DNA of 64,000 bases, from positions 127,658,001 to 127,722,000 of the forward strand of contig OX597819.1 of NCBI GenBank assembly GCA_951406725.2, written 5' to 3'. Below are positions 27,780 through 41,241 of this stretch, one piece after another. The stretch comes from Octopus vulgaris. Taxonomy: Eukaryota. The position numbers and the translations under genes are program-made. Positions within the stretch are counted from its first letter, which is position 1. Every line of letters starts with the position of its first letter. Below the pieces are notes generated by a model. The model did not search any database. It was not told the DNA's origin and saw nothing but the letters and a program-made list of their open reading frames with translations.

Positions 27780-28140
27780 TTTTACTTGTTTCAGTCATTT
27801 CACTGCGACCATGCTGGAACACCGCTTTAAAGGGGTTTTTAGTGGAAGAAATCGGCCCCAGGACTTATTCTTTGTAAGCCTGGTACTTATTCTATTGTAC
27901 TGTTTTGCCGAACCGCTAAGTTACGGGAACTTAAACATGCCAACACCGGTTGGCAACCCATGGTAGGGGACACAAAGACACAAACATAAATATATACATA
28001 TATGTACAACAGTCTTCTTTCAGTTTCCACCAAGATGGCTTTGGCTAGCCCGAGGCCACAGAAGAAAAAAACGCAGTGGGGCAGAATCCAAAACCATGTG
28101 GCTGGGAAGCAGGTTTGTTACCACACAGCCACGCCTGCGT
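27780..28140 (-). mobile_element. SINE family B (tRNA head, internal microsatellite, CAGCATGGCCGCAGT tail)
   Basis: Homology to 31004-31430 and 34165-34528. Confidence 0.8.
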
Positions 28141-28260
28141 CTATATATACGTCCTTAGCTGTTTGGCCAAATCCGTGGCACTTTCAGCAAGTGTATTCTT
28201 TGGCAAATCTCGGCGGAAGGATGCCTTGGGAATGGATTTGTGGGACGGAAACTGAAAGAA

Positions 28261-28306
<46 letters not shown>

Positions 28307-28319
28307 ATATACATATAGT

Positions 28320-29075
28320 ACAAAAAGAAAATTGAAACTACACGCGGAAATGTAAGAGGAAAATAAACGAAAATGCACATTGGAAGTCAAAAAAGTAAAG
28401 GCTTTTATGAAAAGTAACGATGGGTATATATACAATTGGATGAACTGAGGTAGGAATAAAAGTAATAAAAGTCATAATTATGAATTGTTAAAGAGATTCA
28501 AAAGCATACCGGTTTTGTAAAATTACTAATCATTGCCTTGGATGCACACCGATTACTGAACAGTGTCAGGTCTACTAGTCCCTGAGTAAAAAGATTATGT
28601 GTAAGGGAGGTAAGTAGTTCTGGATTTGGTGCAATTAGGATAGATATAAATCTGTAATGTGAATGGTGTATGGGATGTATGGGGGTTAGTGGTATTAATT
28701 GAAAGGTTAGTAGTGTACTGTATTATGTTATGTGTTCATATTGAGTTATGGTAGACATTTATTGATGGAAGTTGCCTCTTTATTCATTCTTTGTTGTACT
28801 GAGGTGTTCTGTGAACATTGTTAGCAGGAGAAAATTAAGAAATTAAGATTAAGATTCCTAGCACATCTTTCTATGTGTTCACTGACCTATATCTGTCTGT
28901 ATTTTAGGTGGTAGATTTGTTCTTTGTGGAGAGTGGTTATTCGACGGAGTGATATTCCTGTTTGGTTAATATAATTATTACCACACTCTAAGCATGTAAT
29001 GGTATAGATTAGATTTTCCGAGGCACAGGTGAAATTTGATTTAATCTTAAATATTTCGCCTTGTTTATATACAAG
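28320..29075 (-). pseudogene. Penelope-like element (Neptune-like) GIY-YIG endonuclease fragment plus 3' UTR
   Basis: Minus translation 29070-28850: FKIKSNFTCASENLIYTITCLECGNNYINQTGISLRR..H..VSEHIERC. Confidence 0.8.
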
Positions 29076-29114
29076 TATATAATTGAAACAAAGTAAAAGA
29101 ATAAAAGAATATAT

Positions 29115-29330
29115 ATTCTTTTATTCTTTTACTTGTTTCAATCATTTGAGTGCGGCCATACCGGGGCACCGCCTCTAGTCGAGCAAATCGACTCCAGAAC
29201 TTATTCTTTGTAAGCCTAGTACTAATTCTATCAGTCTCTTTTGCGGAACCGCTAAGTTACAGGGACATAAACACACCAGCATCGGTTGTCAAGCGATGTT
29301 GGAGGGACCAGCACAGAGACACACATATAT
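29115..29330 (-). mobile_element. SINE family B, 3' half
   Basis: Homology to family B tail. Confidence 0.8.
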
Positions 29331-29359
29331 GCACACATACATACATGCATACATAATAC

Positions 29360-29419
<60 letters not shown>

Positions 29420-29448
29420 CAAAATAAGCAACAGGATATCCAGGGGTA

Positions 29449-29536
29449 ATGCAGTACGATCGTTTCAAGCGGCTCCATTTAATTGAACAATGCAACCATT
29501 ACATCAATTCAAATGCAGAGCAATCCTCAGCTGCAT
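29449..29536 (-). ncRNA. Type I hammerhead ribozyme, intact core
   Basis: Minus strand ATGCAG-CTGAGGA-long stem II-GAAA-CGATCG-TA-CTGCAT; 6-bp stem I, palindromic stem III, GUA cleavage triplet; element 3' end abuts (TA)n at 29416. Confidence 0.8.
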
Positions 29537-30089
29537 AAATACATAGAATTAAATCAAATTAAAACATATGCACACATTAGTATAATTTTACCCAAATCTC
29601 CTAGAAGGTAAGGAGATAGACAAAAAACATGCTGACTTCACTTCAGCTTTGAAGTTACTAAGGTATCAGGAAGAAAGACTTGTTAGAGATCTAGCTTGTC
29701 ACTGCTTTTGGGGGTCGGGTTTAATTTATAGTCTAGTTTATCTAACTTTTGTATATCAAAATCTAAGGTCAATGAACAAGGAGCAGTATCTGTTAGGAAA
29801 GGGGCTGAGGGAGTCGACAGAAATCATAAAACTATCATAAAACTATCAAGATTAATTTGAAGTAATATATTGAGATTTGGCAAGCAAACTACTTACCACA
29901 ACTCCTCCTGCGCCTATATATATATATATATATATATATATGGAGAGAGAGAGAGAAATTATTATCACTATATCTCTGAACACGAAACATTCAGTAACAT
30001 ACCAGAATAAGCTAACATACAGACCAACATAACAGTAACAGTCGTCCTAATCAGGACTTCCACATTATGTTGGAAAATTATCTTTACTA

Positions 30090-30127
<38 letters not shown>

Positions 30128-30128
30128 T

Positions 30129-30178
<50 letters not shown>

Positions 30179-30183
<5 letters not shown>

Positions 30184-30488
30184 CGTGATCACGTGACCGA
30201 CCAGGCTATCAGAATTTGCTACACATCGCTGGTCACAATGTGCTTCGCATTGTTTTAGCCTTCAAATGACGCCATCCCACTGGCTAAGCGGGAAGGCCAA
30301 CACAAGAAAGACTGGGAGAAAGTTGTGGCGAAAGAATACAGCAGGGGTCGCCACCACCCCCAGCCGGAGCCGCGTGGAGCTTTAGGTGTTTTTCGCTCAG
30401 TAAACACTCACAACGCCGGGTCTGGGAATCGAAACCGCGATCCTACGACCGCGAGTCCGCTGCCCTAACCACTGGGCCATTGCGCCTC

Positions 30489-30489
<1 letters not shown>
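30179..30489 (-). mobile_element. SINE family D (tRNA-Arg-like head) with alternative tail
   Basis: Head GGAGGCGCAATGGCCCAGTGGTTAGGGCAGCGGACTCGCGGTC shared with the 42644 and 60788 copies; 3' half differs and ends CACGTGATCACGGTGAT. Confidence 0.85.
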
Positions 30490-30520
<31 letters not shown>

Positions 30521-30572
30521 TATATATATATGTATATATATATATGTGTGTGTGTGTTTGTGTGTGTGCGTG

Positions 30573-30617
<45 letters not shown>

Positions 30618-31003
30618 ATGCATGTTTTGTATGTATGCACGTATATAGCTATGTGTGTGTATTGCTTTTGTGCTTGTTCGTTTACCACTGTTTAGCAAAC
30701 GGTGTTGGCTTGTGTATCTCCCAGTAACTTAGCAGTTCCTCAAAATGACCGACAGAAGAAGCAAGGAGTCAATTCGTTTAACTAAAAATCCTTCACGGTC
30801 CTGCCCCATCATGACCGCATTCTTATGACTGTAACAAGTAAAATATAAAAGATATATGTGAATGTATATATACGTATATACGCATATACATATACATGAA
30901 TGTATGTATGTACCTATTTATCTATCTATCTATCTATCTATCTATATATAAATATCTTTCTATCTATCTATCTATCTATCTCTCAATATATATATATATA
31001 TTA

Positions 31004-31177
31004 GGCGCAGGAGTGGCTGTGTGGTAAGTAGCTTGCTTACCAACCACATGGTTCCTAGTTCAATCTCAATGCGTAGCGCCATGGGCAAGTGTCTTCTACT
31101 ATAGCCTCGGGCCGACCAAAGCCTTGTGAGTGGATTTGGTAGACGAAAACTGAAAGAAGCCTGTCGTGTATATGTGT

Positions 31178-31227
<50 letters not shown>

Positions 31228-31430
31228 CTGTGTCTGTATATGTGTTTGTGTGTTTGTGTTTGTCACCCACCATCGCTTGACAACCGTGGTTGGGCAAAAG
31301 TACCCGATAAAGGAAGCACAAGGCTTACGAAGAATAAGTCCTGGCGTCGATTTGTTCGACTAAAGGCGGTGCTCCAGCATGGTCGCAGTCAAATGACTAA
31401 AACGAATAAAAGAACAAAATAATAAAAGAA
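31004..31430 (+). mobile_element. SINE family B, full length, with internal (TG)n
   Basis: A-box TGGCTGTGTGG, B-box-like GTTCAATCT, GGGCAAGTGTCTT core, internal (TG)n, A-rich tail. Confidence 0.9.
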
Positions 31431-31460
31431 TATATACATATATATATATATATGTATGTA

Positions 31461-31496
<36 letters not shown>

Positions 31497-31574
31497 TGCA
31501 TGTATTCGTATTTCGATATCTATATCTATATGTCTATCTTTCTCTCTCTCCCTCTCTCTGCCTCTCTCTCTCTC

Positions 31575-31619
<45 letters not shown>

Positions 31620-32516
31620 TGTTCGCGCGCGCGTGTCTGTGTCGCTGTATAGTTGTAGTTAGTTATGCGCCATAAAGGTACTATGATGATACGCAGACAC
31701 GTGCACAAATCATACACACGCACGCACACACGCACACTCACACACACACATTCAAACGCGGAAAGGCACTAACAAATAGACCTATACTACCTCACAGTTG
31801 TTCATACTTATATTCACACACATTCATTCATCAACATTCGTCTGTAGCAGACGGACACCCAGGGTTCTTGATTTGTATTTATCAAAACAAGAATCCTAAG
31901 AGATGAGTAGTTTTCGTTAACTGTGTGACGTCTTAGCAAACCCCATGAGGAAAATAATGATTTGAAATGTGGTGGGGTGAATTCTTTTTCATTTTGTTCA
32001 TTCAAAACAACAGAAAAGCCCTGCCTTAATAACATTCATGCTCCCATCAAAATATTGTCTCACAATCTATGTTTACGTTTCATGGCGACTACTCATCTTT
32101 AACACAACCAAGACTACTTTTCTAAGCAATACGTCTTTGCTAATTCGCTGGCTCTCAAGAAAGCCCCGCGAGAAAAAACTAATATCAGAATAGTACTTTA
32201 GTAATTGATATAATATACCAACCTATCCCATAAATATTTAACAAACTGAGAATCTTCTGCACGTAGCACGGACAACCTTTTTCTAGAAGCGGGCCGCATG
32301 AAGCATCACTGAACATTATGCGGGCCACATTACTAAAACAATTCATGGTAAATTTTTGCTAGGCGTGCATTCAGAAATTCCCACAGTTTGATCATAATTG
32401 TTTTACATCTCTGGAGGAGATGTCTTCCTGGGGCTACAAGCTACAGTAGCATCAACCCTTTAAGGGTTAGCCACATTTGGGTGGCAAATATACTTCACGA
32501 TACATATATATATATA

Positions 32517-32891
32517 CTAGCAGTATCGCCCGGCGTTGCTCGGGTTTGTAAGGGAAATAACTATATAAGCATTTTTAGAGATGTAAAGTATAATAACCAT
32601 CTCAATATGGCTAACCAGAAAGGGGGAGGGGTGTTACTGTAGCTTTTTACGTTCTGAGATTTAATAATACATTTTTAGAGAGTTACTTCCCTTATATATG
32701 CCAAAAATGCATTAAAAATGGGGAAAAAATTTATGGTAAATTTTTTTTTAAATCGTAGACTCATCGTAGACGCGCGTTAATACCCAGAAGGGCTCGATAT
32801 GAATCACGACTATAAGATACCCGGTTTTGGTTAAACTACACCGCAAAATGTGGGAGTAGTTAGGAATCTAAATCGTAGGAGACAGACAGCA
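32517..32891 (-). mobile_element. Non-autonomous Helitron (shared 3' end, different body)
   Basis: CTAGCAGTATCGCCCGGCGTTGCTCGGG end is identical to the 39172 and 57441 copies; the interior diverges. Confidence 0.8.
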
Positions 32892-34164
32892 CTTTTTGTC
32901 CTTGTTTGTCTCCTCTATGTTTAACCCCTTGTGGGTAGTAAAGAAATATATATTATAAGGTATTGTATTGAATACAGATTTGTGTATGGTTCAGAATACC
33001 GTATCGTATGTAGACCCCTAGTTATAGACTTGTATTTTCTTTAACTAGTTTACTTATGTATTGTGCGATATTGTGTTACCATGGCACTTTGCTTGTAAAT
33101 ACAGTCATTCGTTGAGAATGTGTAGTTTTTGTATGTCCTGTGTAGGAGAAAGAATCGTGGAATTTACAACACCCTTATTTACACATGAATTTATGCATTT
33201 CATTAGTCATAGGATGTGTATTCATCTGCTTCCAGAATGTGGGTGATCAGGAGATTTGTTTAATTTTCGTAATTTCCTAATATATTAATTTTCTAGATTC
33301 CTATTACGTGCAATACTTGCTCTGCTCTATTTATTGAGCTCGCCGATAATGCGTTCATTTATTTTAAAGCTGGGATAAATTTGTTTAATAAAATATATTT
33401 AATGTGCCATTCGTTTGTCGTTATTGATAGTTGTGTCTGTCGTTTACGTAAAATATGCCTCTAAATTACACAATAATTTAGTTTAATAATTCATTGAAAT
33501 ATCAGTTAAGTATGTCTGCTTTTATTTCGTTTAGTTGTTATTAATTTATTAATTACTTTATGAAGTGCTGTTTTTACGGAAGAGAATATAAAGGCCATGT
33601 AAAGGCTATTTTAGTTTCATTTTTTAGAAGAACCTTTCATGATTCAAAGGTCGAGCAAATAAAGTACCAAAAAAGTAACGAAATTTATTGCCCCACACCC
33701 ACGCTTTCTCTCGGTTTGAGTAGCACATGGGTGTAGTCACCGTTTTCTTCCAAGATGACTGCATCAGTTATAGAGAATGTGATCGCCATTCTTAAATTAA
33801 AAAAAAGTAGGAAAACTACTGCTGATGATGTTGATGCCGACGATGAGAATGATAATATAAACCGATGACAACAGAATGTAAACCGCAATAAGTAAATAAG
33901 GCATTAAACCGTGTTCGTCTACGTTCAAATTTAGATGATGTCATTTTTCCATTTCATTCTCCTGGACTCAATGAAATGAGTTTTAGTTCTTTGTGTTGTT
34001 GTTTATCATACCTCTGGTAGAAGGTAATCCAGCCATAACCATCTCCTCTCGTGATATTTTTCAGATAATGTATCTTTCATTTTTAAAGTCGCTATGGTTT
34101 CATAAGATGGAGTTTGGTACCAATTTCTAGCAGATCGAAAGCCTTCGCAGATCCTCTCTTTTGC

Positions 34165-34528
34165 TCTTTTATTCTTTTACTTGTTTCAGTCATTTGACTG
34201 TGGCCATGCTGGAGCACCGCCTTTAGTCGAGCAAATCTATCCCAGGACTTATTCTTTGTAAGCCCAGTACTTATTCTATCGGTCTCTTTTGCCGAACCGC
34301 TAAGTTACGGGGACGTAAACACACCAGTATCGGTTGTCAAGCGATGTTGGGGGTGGGAGACAAACACAGACACACAAACATATACACACATTTACATATA
34401 TATATGTAGGCTTTGGTCGGCCCGAGGCTATAGTAGAAGACACTTGCCCAAGGTGCCACGTAGTGGGACTGAACCCGCAACCATGTGGTTCGTAAGCATG
34501 CTACTTACCATACATCCACTCCTATGCC
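34165..34528 (-). mobile_element. SINE family B
   Basis: Homology to 31004-31430. Confidence 0.9.
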
Positions 34529-34599
34529 TCTCTAAATATATGTAATAAAGAGGGATTAATCCAGTTGATTGTGTGACTCATAATCTGGTTTTATGGTAA

Positions 34600-34830
34600 A
34601 AAGCAATATGTTTATTTCTGCTATAGACAAAACGTCTGAAATTTGTTGGGAAGGGGCCTGTCAGTTCATCGACCCTAGTGCTTGACTGGTGCTTATTTTA
34701 TAAACCCTACCAAAAAAATTAAAGGCAAAGTCAAACTCAACAAAAATTGAACCCAGAAAGCAAAGAGTCGGAAGAAATGCCGCTGAGTAGGTTGTCCGAT
34801 ACTCTAACGAATCTGCCAGGTCGTAGACTT
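34600..34830 (-). mobile_element. SINE family A, highly diverged copy
   Basis: Degenerate match to head and body. Confidence 0.6.
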
Positions 34831-35451
34831 AATATAAATTATAATTAATAAACGAAAAACAAGATTATTTAGGCAACATAATATTTACAAATTATTTCTA
34901 GTAATTTTATGGGATACACTATATATATATATATATATATATATCTAAAAAAAATTTCTTTTTTTCTTCTGTGTGTCATATTCTTTCGTGTTAGCTATTT
35001 ATAAAATGACAAAGAAAAATGTAACCTTTCTTGAGGTCTTATCGCAATAGGTTATTAAGCAATACGGTTGACCAAGGAAAACATGATAAATGACTTAAAA
35101 TTGGTCAGGTCACAGAATATTTAGCCTTATTGAAAGACTGTTGTAAATTTTACTGGAGACTGAAAAGAATATTTATATCTATATATATATATAACTATAT
35201 TTATAAGAATATATATATATATATATATATATTACTGCCTCTTGTGTTGTGATAACATACTTATTTGTGGCCAAAATATTTTGCTTCTGCGAAAAATTAA
35301 AGGAAATCGTTGGAAGAAAGCAACAGACTGTATGTTATAACTTATTTGTTATCGGAGAATTGAATAGAAGCTTCACGCAGGTCTTTTATCGACTTTTCAT
35401 GCGAAATATGATACGCAGAATTAAAGCGGTAGTAAAAGAAGCTAATACACA

Positions 35452-35489
<38 letters not shown>

Positions 35490-35710
35490 TGTGCGTGTGT
35501 GTGAGAGAGAGAGAGAGAGAAAGAGAGTGTGTTTGTGTGTATGTAAGTGCGTGTTTGCCTGTGTGTGTGTGTGTAAATGCACACATACGCACACATATAT
35601 TAAGACAAAGAGAGACAGATAGTGAAGGAGGCAGAGAGAGAGAGTGTGTGTGTATGTAAGTGCGCGTTTGCCTGTATGTGTGTGTTTGTGTATGTGTGTG
35701 CGTGTGTGTA

Positions 35711-35764
<54 letters not shown>

Positions 35765-35937
35765 TACATGCACACATACGCACAAATATATTAAGACAAA
35801 GAGAGATAGATAGTGAGGAAGAGATTGGGAGAGATAGAAAGAGGGAGAAAGAGATAGACAGATAGAGAGAGGTGGGGAGAGAGGGGAGAGAGAGAGGGGG
35901 TAGAAAGATGTAAAAGAATTGGTATGTCACTGAAAAT

Positions 35938-36055
35938 ATGAAGAAGAAGAAGAAGAAGAAGAAGAAGAAGAAGAAGAAGAAGAAGAAGAAGAAGAAAGAA
36001 GAAGAAGAAGAAGAAGAAGAAGAAGAAGAAGAAGAAGAAGAAGAAGAAGAAGAAA
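35938..36055. repeat. (GAA)n microsatellite
   Basis: Direct reading. Confidence 0.95.
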
Positions 36056-36542
36056 GTAGACAAAATTTCTCAACTGAAACTGCCATAGTTTTGTCTTCGT
36101 ATCAACTCCGTTCGATATCGTAAAATATTCGCTGTTTCCGGCTTCGTGTCTCAATGTCTTGGCCATTAATTCAAAACATTGTTCTAGAACTTCTTGCAAG
36201 GTGAATATTAGGATGTCCAAAAATATCACCGAAATATCTAGAGGAAACATTTAAGTGCATCTCATGCAATACTGATAAGTGTATGGTTGTCGTGCTTGAA
36301 TTCATGCTTTACTTTTGTAATCATGTATCATGGATCACAAGCTACATTTCAGGACTTTCGGATCGCAGCGTTACCGCATAAAAAGCAGAGATTTTGTTTT
36401 TTCTATTTTTATTGAGAGTTAAAATACTGCCATTTTACTGCATGCCGAACTGTAGTGCTAAAAGTCAATTGTTCGTATTGCGAAATGAATGAGTTGTGTT
36501 CATGGCAAAGACACTTAACTTATAGGTGAAATATTATATTTT

Positions 36543-36879
36543 ACGGAGATGTACTTGCATAGCGAGTTACTTGATCTGAGATCGTGTGCTGGAACGAAAT
36601 CAATTGAAGCGTGGAAGGTGTTTATAAGCCATTTAAGAAACACACAAAATCCGTTATATTCACTTCAACATTTAAATTTAATTTGACAAAATGTTTTCGT
36701 CGCTTTGAGACTGCGACCTGTTCACTGACAAAGATGCAGCACGGAATTTTGTCAGTGAACAGGTCGCAGTCTCAAAGCGACAAAAATATTTTGACAAATT
36801 AAATTTAAATGTTGAAGTGAATCTAACGGATTTTGTGTGTTTCTTAAATGGCTTATAAACACCTTCCACGCTTCAATTG
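36543..36879 (-). mobile_element. Fold-back element family F1, copy 2 (opposite orientation)
   Basis: Tail 36543-36600, arms 36601-36733 and 36747-36879; carries the G3-C8 hammerhead-like motif. Confidence 0.9.
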
Positions 36880-37392
36880 TTCTGTTTTATATGTTTCTCT
36901 ACAAATGCATGTATTCTTTTTTTATAGGGTTTTCAAAGGTATTTCGCTTGGATTACATGAAAACGAAATTTATTGTACATAACAGTATAGTACTTGACTC
37001 TGTCACATTTCAATACTTATTATAACAATCCTGATCTTATGATGAAACATTCATAAGCAGTTCCACAGTCGGAACTCAAAGGAACACACTACTTCAAGAG
37101 CAAATAACCTCAGAATATAATCAGGGAGCATTCACCTTGAATGATGAATTGCTACAATGTAGTGAGATGGTCACTAAAAAACATGGTTGGAGTGCATTGA
37201 AAAGTATTGCATCCAGTGAGATAGATATTTAATGTAAACTGTATTATAATGAGAGCCACTAATAATACGTGCTTAGGCAGATTTTTATAACGTACTTTGT
37301 GTCTCAACGGCAACAAAGCTATTAGTAGCTTTTATTTTAATACGGTGTAATACAGTGTGGCGCTCGATTAGAAATAATTAAAAAAATACACA

Positions 37393-38252
37393 TTAGGTAC
37401 AGGACAACAGCAACGAGCTAAAACACGGAAACACACGAGACAAAATACCAAAAAATACACAATATGAACAGGAAATCAACAACGAGTGAAAAATACGTAA
37501 ACATAGATCGAGAGACAAGAACGGGACAAAATACCAAAAGTCTAACTTTTCCTCAGTTGTCGACTGTTTCTTACTCCCAATTTCGAGCATACAGAAAAAT
37601 TTAAAGTATAAAATTTGAGGAGAGTTAGCGCTTCGAAGGAACAAACAGCAACAAAGAGGATGTACAGTGTAAACAATCGACGAAGACAAACATTAAGAGC
37701 CGTTAGGCCAAGCCGCATTGTAAGGGGTAACGCCTGGGAGAAATTTTGAAAGGATATAGAATAAACAGAAGAAAAGAAAATAGAAGAAAAAGCATTCCTG
37801 GAGGCGAGGGAAATGCCGTCCAGCTAGAGGGACGCCACGTCTGGAAAAGACAGAGGCGAGAGAAATGGCCTCAATCAAGTGTGAACGAACAGGCAGAGGG
37901 AAAGGGGGACAAGAGAGAGTATGAAGAAAAGAAACAAAGGAAGTGTGGAGAAGGGAGAAGGAACGAAAGGTAGTAGGGAGTGGAAGAAAGACAGACAGGT
38001 GACAGCAAAGAAAGAGGGGGAGAAACGGAAAATAAAGAGGATTATAATGGGCCAGAGAGAAAGGAAGAAAACAGAGTGTGGCGTCGCAGAAATTATAAAT
38101 AAATGTAAGAACTTATAGGGGAAAAGGCTGCATGGCGTTCGATTATAAATAAATAAAAGATACACATTAAGTACAGGACATCACCAACGAGCGAAAAACA
38201 CGTAAACTCACGAAAGATAAGTACAGGACAAAATACCAAAAAATACACAATA
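37393..38252 (-). mobile_element. Non-coding element with diverged direct terminal repeats (pLTR-like)
   Basis: 37393-37462 resembles 38167-38252 (TTA.GTACAGGACA..CAACGAGC..GACAAAATACCAAAAAATACACAATA). Confidence 0.5.
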
Positions 38253-38259
38253 AAAACAT

Positions 38260-38610
38260 ACCGTTCCATCCTTGAGGAAAGTTCTGTCGAGGAAAACCAC
38301 CACAGAGAACCCCCGTGGGGAGCACACTCACCAACTACACCATGCTCCAGGGACTATGTAGTTTACAAGGTAGCCTGCAATCAATGTGGAGCATCCTTCA
38401 TAGGGAGCACCCCTAGAAAACTACACATCCGTATAAAGAAGCACATGCAAACAGACACTTCGAAGAAGAAACACCTCAAGAAGTGCCAAACCGGGAACGT
38501 CAAGGTTTTCATGAAGACCACTCAAAGCAACAGGAGCAATATCAGGATTAAGGAAACCCTCCTGATAAACAAATTGAAACCGGTCATTAACAACAGGAAG
38601 AAATTACACG
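38260..38610 (+). pseudogene. Penelope-like GIY-YIG endonuclease fragment (third type)
   Basis: Frame of ORF 38445 extended upstream: CSRDYVVYKVACNQCGASFIGSTPRKLHIRIKKH..H..C..IKETLLINKLKPVINNR. Confidence 0.8.
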
Positions 38611-39171
38611 AAGCAGACTACCGTCCGCGCATGTCACCTTCTCAACATATGAAGCTATTAGTAGCACTTAAAGAGATGTATTGTGCCCTTTAATAGGCCT
38701 TCTGTGAAATTATCATATAGCTGCTATCTCAATTTGAAGAGTATCATTACACAAGGTCAATACTAAGAGCCTAAATCCAGTTGTAAGTATTGCGACCCAT
38801 GTGTTATTAAATTTGTCGTATATGACGCTGAAATTACTGCATCGCTAAATGATAATGCAATAACTGGGAAGACCTATATTGGATTATGTGAAGGAGAATT
38901 TAAAAATCGCTACGCCAATGGCATATCCTCTTTCGGACTTAAGCTACTAAGTTGAGTTGCCACGTATGGAGTTTGGAAGCAAACGAAACGCGCGTATAAT
39001 TAATGTGTAAAATAATTGAGAAATCCACACCTTATGTGAACGTATCAAATAAATGTAGGCTATGTCTAGCTGAAAGAGCTCCGATCCTTTTCAGATCCAA
39101 TACCTCTAATTCTCAACTGAACTCTCGGCTGCAATTTTCAGCGATTGCAGACATGTGTAAAATATACTATA

Positions 39172-39554
39172 CTAGCAGTATCGCCCGGCGTTGCTCGGGT
39201 TTGTAAGGGAAATAACTATAGAGCATTTTTAGAGAGTTATAGCCAAAAAATAGCCAAAAAATGGGAAAAAAATGATGGTAAATTTTTTTGAGAGTTAAAA
39301 AGGTCGAGTTGCGTCCCATAGACAGTCTGTGGTTTGTGTTTCTGATTCTCGACCCCATGTCGAATTTATCGATTTTTTTCAGAACTGGGGCAACTTTTCA
39401 AAATTTTCGCTGCGTTAATTTTGAATTATGACATTGGGCTATGTGTGTGTCAAGTTTCATCCGAAACGGTTGAAAGCCGTGGTCAGGGTGAGGGTACAAC
39501 CTAACAGACACACAGACACGCAGACAGACAAACTGCCGTTTATATAGAGAGAGA
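39172..39554 (-). mobile_element. Non-autonomous Helitron nested in the PLE
   Basis: 5'-TC start and hairpin+CTAG end on the minus strand, A|T site; near-identical to 57441-57809. Confidence 0.9.
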
Positions 39555-39696
39555 TACTTTGAAGAATTGGGAAATTCCCCCTATATCTGATTAACTTGTT
39601 GCTCTCTTTCAGCCCTATAATTTAAGGCCTACATACTGCTTTCTCAGCTTTTTTGCGTTTCTTCACTTTTTTTTTAGTTCGTTATGATATGTGGTT

Positions 39697-39753
39697 CGTG
39701 CCTGATGAATACGTCTGAGATATTTCTCAACATATGAAACTATGTATTATGTC
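39697..39753 (+). ncRNA. Hammerhead ribozyme in PLE 3' UTR, degenerate stem I
   Basis: CTGATGA-ATACGTCTGAGA(TATT)TCTCAACATAT-GAAAC-TAT-GTA. Confidence 0.6.
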
Positions 39754-39831
39754 CTTTAAATAAATAATATTTATCTCTCACAAGATGGAGTGCTTTTTTT
39801 GTTGACCTTTCAATCACAGAACAGTACATTA

Positions 39832-39882
<51 letters not shown>

Positions 39883-40514
39883 GTGCATGCATACATACTT
39901 ACATACATACATATTTACATACATGCATGCATACATACGCACATTCATACAAATATCCATATACACATACACATATACAGTAAAGTAATTCTAATGCTGA
40001 TTCTGTAAAGGAAGGGATTAAAAATTAGCCAGGAAGTATAAATGGAGAATCGAAAATGTTATTCCATATAAACTGGTGGAGGAAATATGACAATTAACAG
40101 AGTTGAACAGAGTGACTTTTAAATTCATTTGATAGGAAGTGACGTTAATGAAATATTGTAATATATTTGAAAACAACTGCAACTGAAGAACAGGAAAGGT
40201 ACCGAATTATAATTCTAAAATAAATACTAGTTGTAACAGGAAATCAGAATATTTCAAAAACATAATTGAATCAGCAATGTTTTCGTTCCCGTCCATTATA
40301 ATTATAGCGGATTGTACTGCAGCAAAAGAAAGTAGCGTTGACATTTTTACAATTCTTCAAAGCGATTATGTGTATTTGCATATATGCGTCTGTGTGTGTA
40401 TGCATACTTACATATATACACAAGTACTTATATACATACATGTGTGTATGTGTGTGTATATATGTGTGTGTATGCATACTTATATATATACACAAATACT
40501 TATATACATACATG

Positions 40515-40665
40515 TCCCCGTCACTTAGCGGTTCGGCAAAAGAGACCGATAGAATAAGTACTGGGCTTACAAAGAATAAGTTCCGGGGTCGATTTGCTCG
40601 ACTAAAGGCGGTGCTCCAGCATGGCCGCAGTCAACTGACTGAAACAAGTAAAAGAGTAAAAGAGT
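40515..40665 (+). mobile_element. SINE family B, 3' half
   Basis: Homology to family B tail. Confidence 0.85.
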
Positions 40666-40971
40666 ATACATGTGTGTAGGTGTGTATATATGTGTGCGTA
40701 TGCATGTACATATATATGTATATTTGTGGGGGCACGCGGCCCAGTGGTGCGTTGTCTTCTTGTACAAGCCACATCACCTCACGCTACTCTGCAGCACGTT
40801 TACACCTGACGTGTGGTACACAGTGTACCTTGTTCAGACAAAGATCGATTTGATGGAATGAGTGGCCTAACAAACAGTATAACGTTTTGATCAATATACA
40901 CGAAAGATTTATGTCAGTCGTTTTGCAAGAATTTGTGGAGCCATCTTTCACGGAATACGAGAGACTGCCAT

Positions 40972-41057
<86 letters not shown>

Positions 41058-41149
41058 CGTGTGTGTCCGTGTGCCTGTGCGTCTGTGTACACACTCACAC
41101 ACACACACACATACTCACACATACACACACATACACACACACATATATA

Positions 41150-41240
<91 letters not shown>

Positions 41241-41241
41241 T

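Larger units (their letters stand above)
38780..39830 (+). pseudogene. Naiad-type PLE GIY-YIG C-terminus and 3' UTR, interrupted by a Helitron
   Basis: VVYDAEI..TYIGLCEGEFKNRY..ATKLSCHVW..KIIEKSTPY..KCRLCLAE..LNSR..CRH; 3' UTR resumes at 39555 and ends at (TA)n. Confidence 0.85.
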
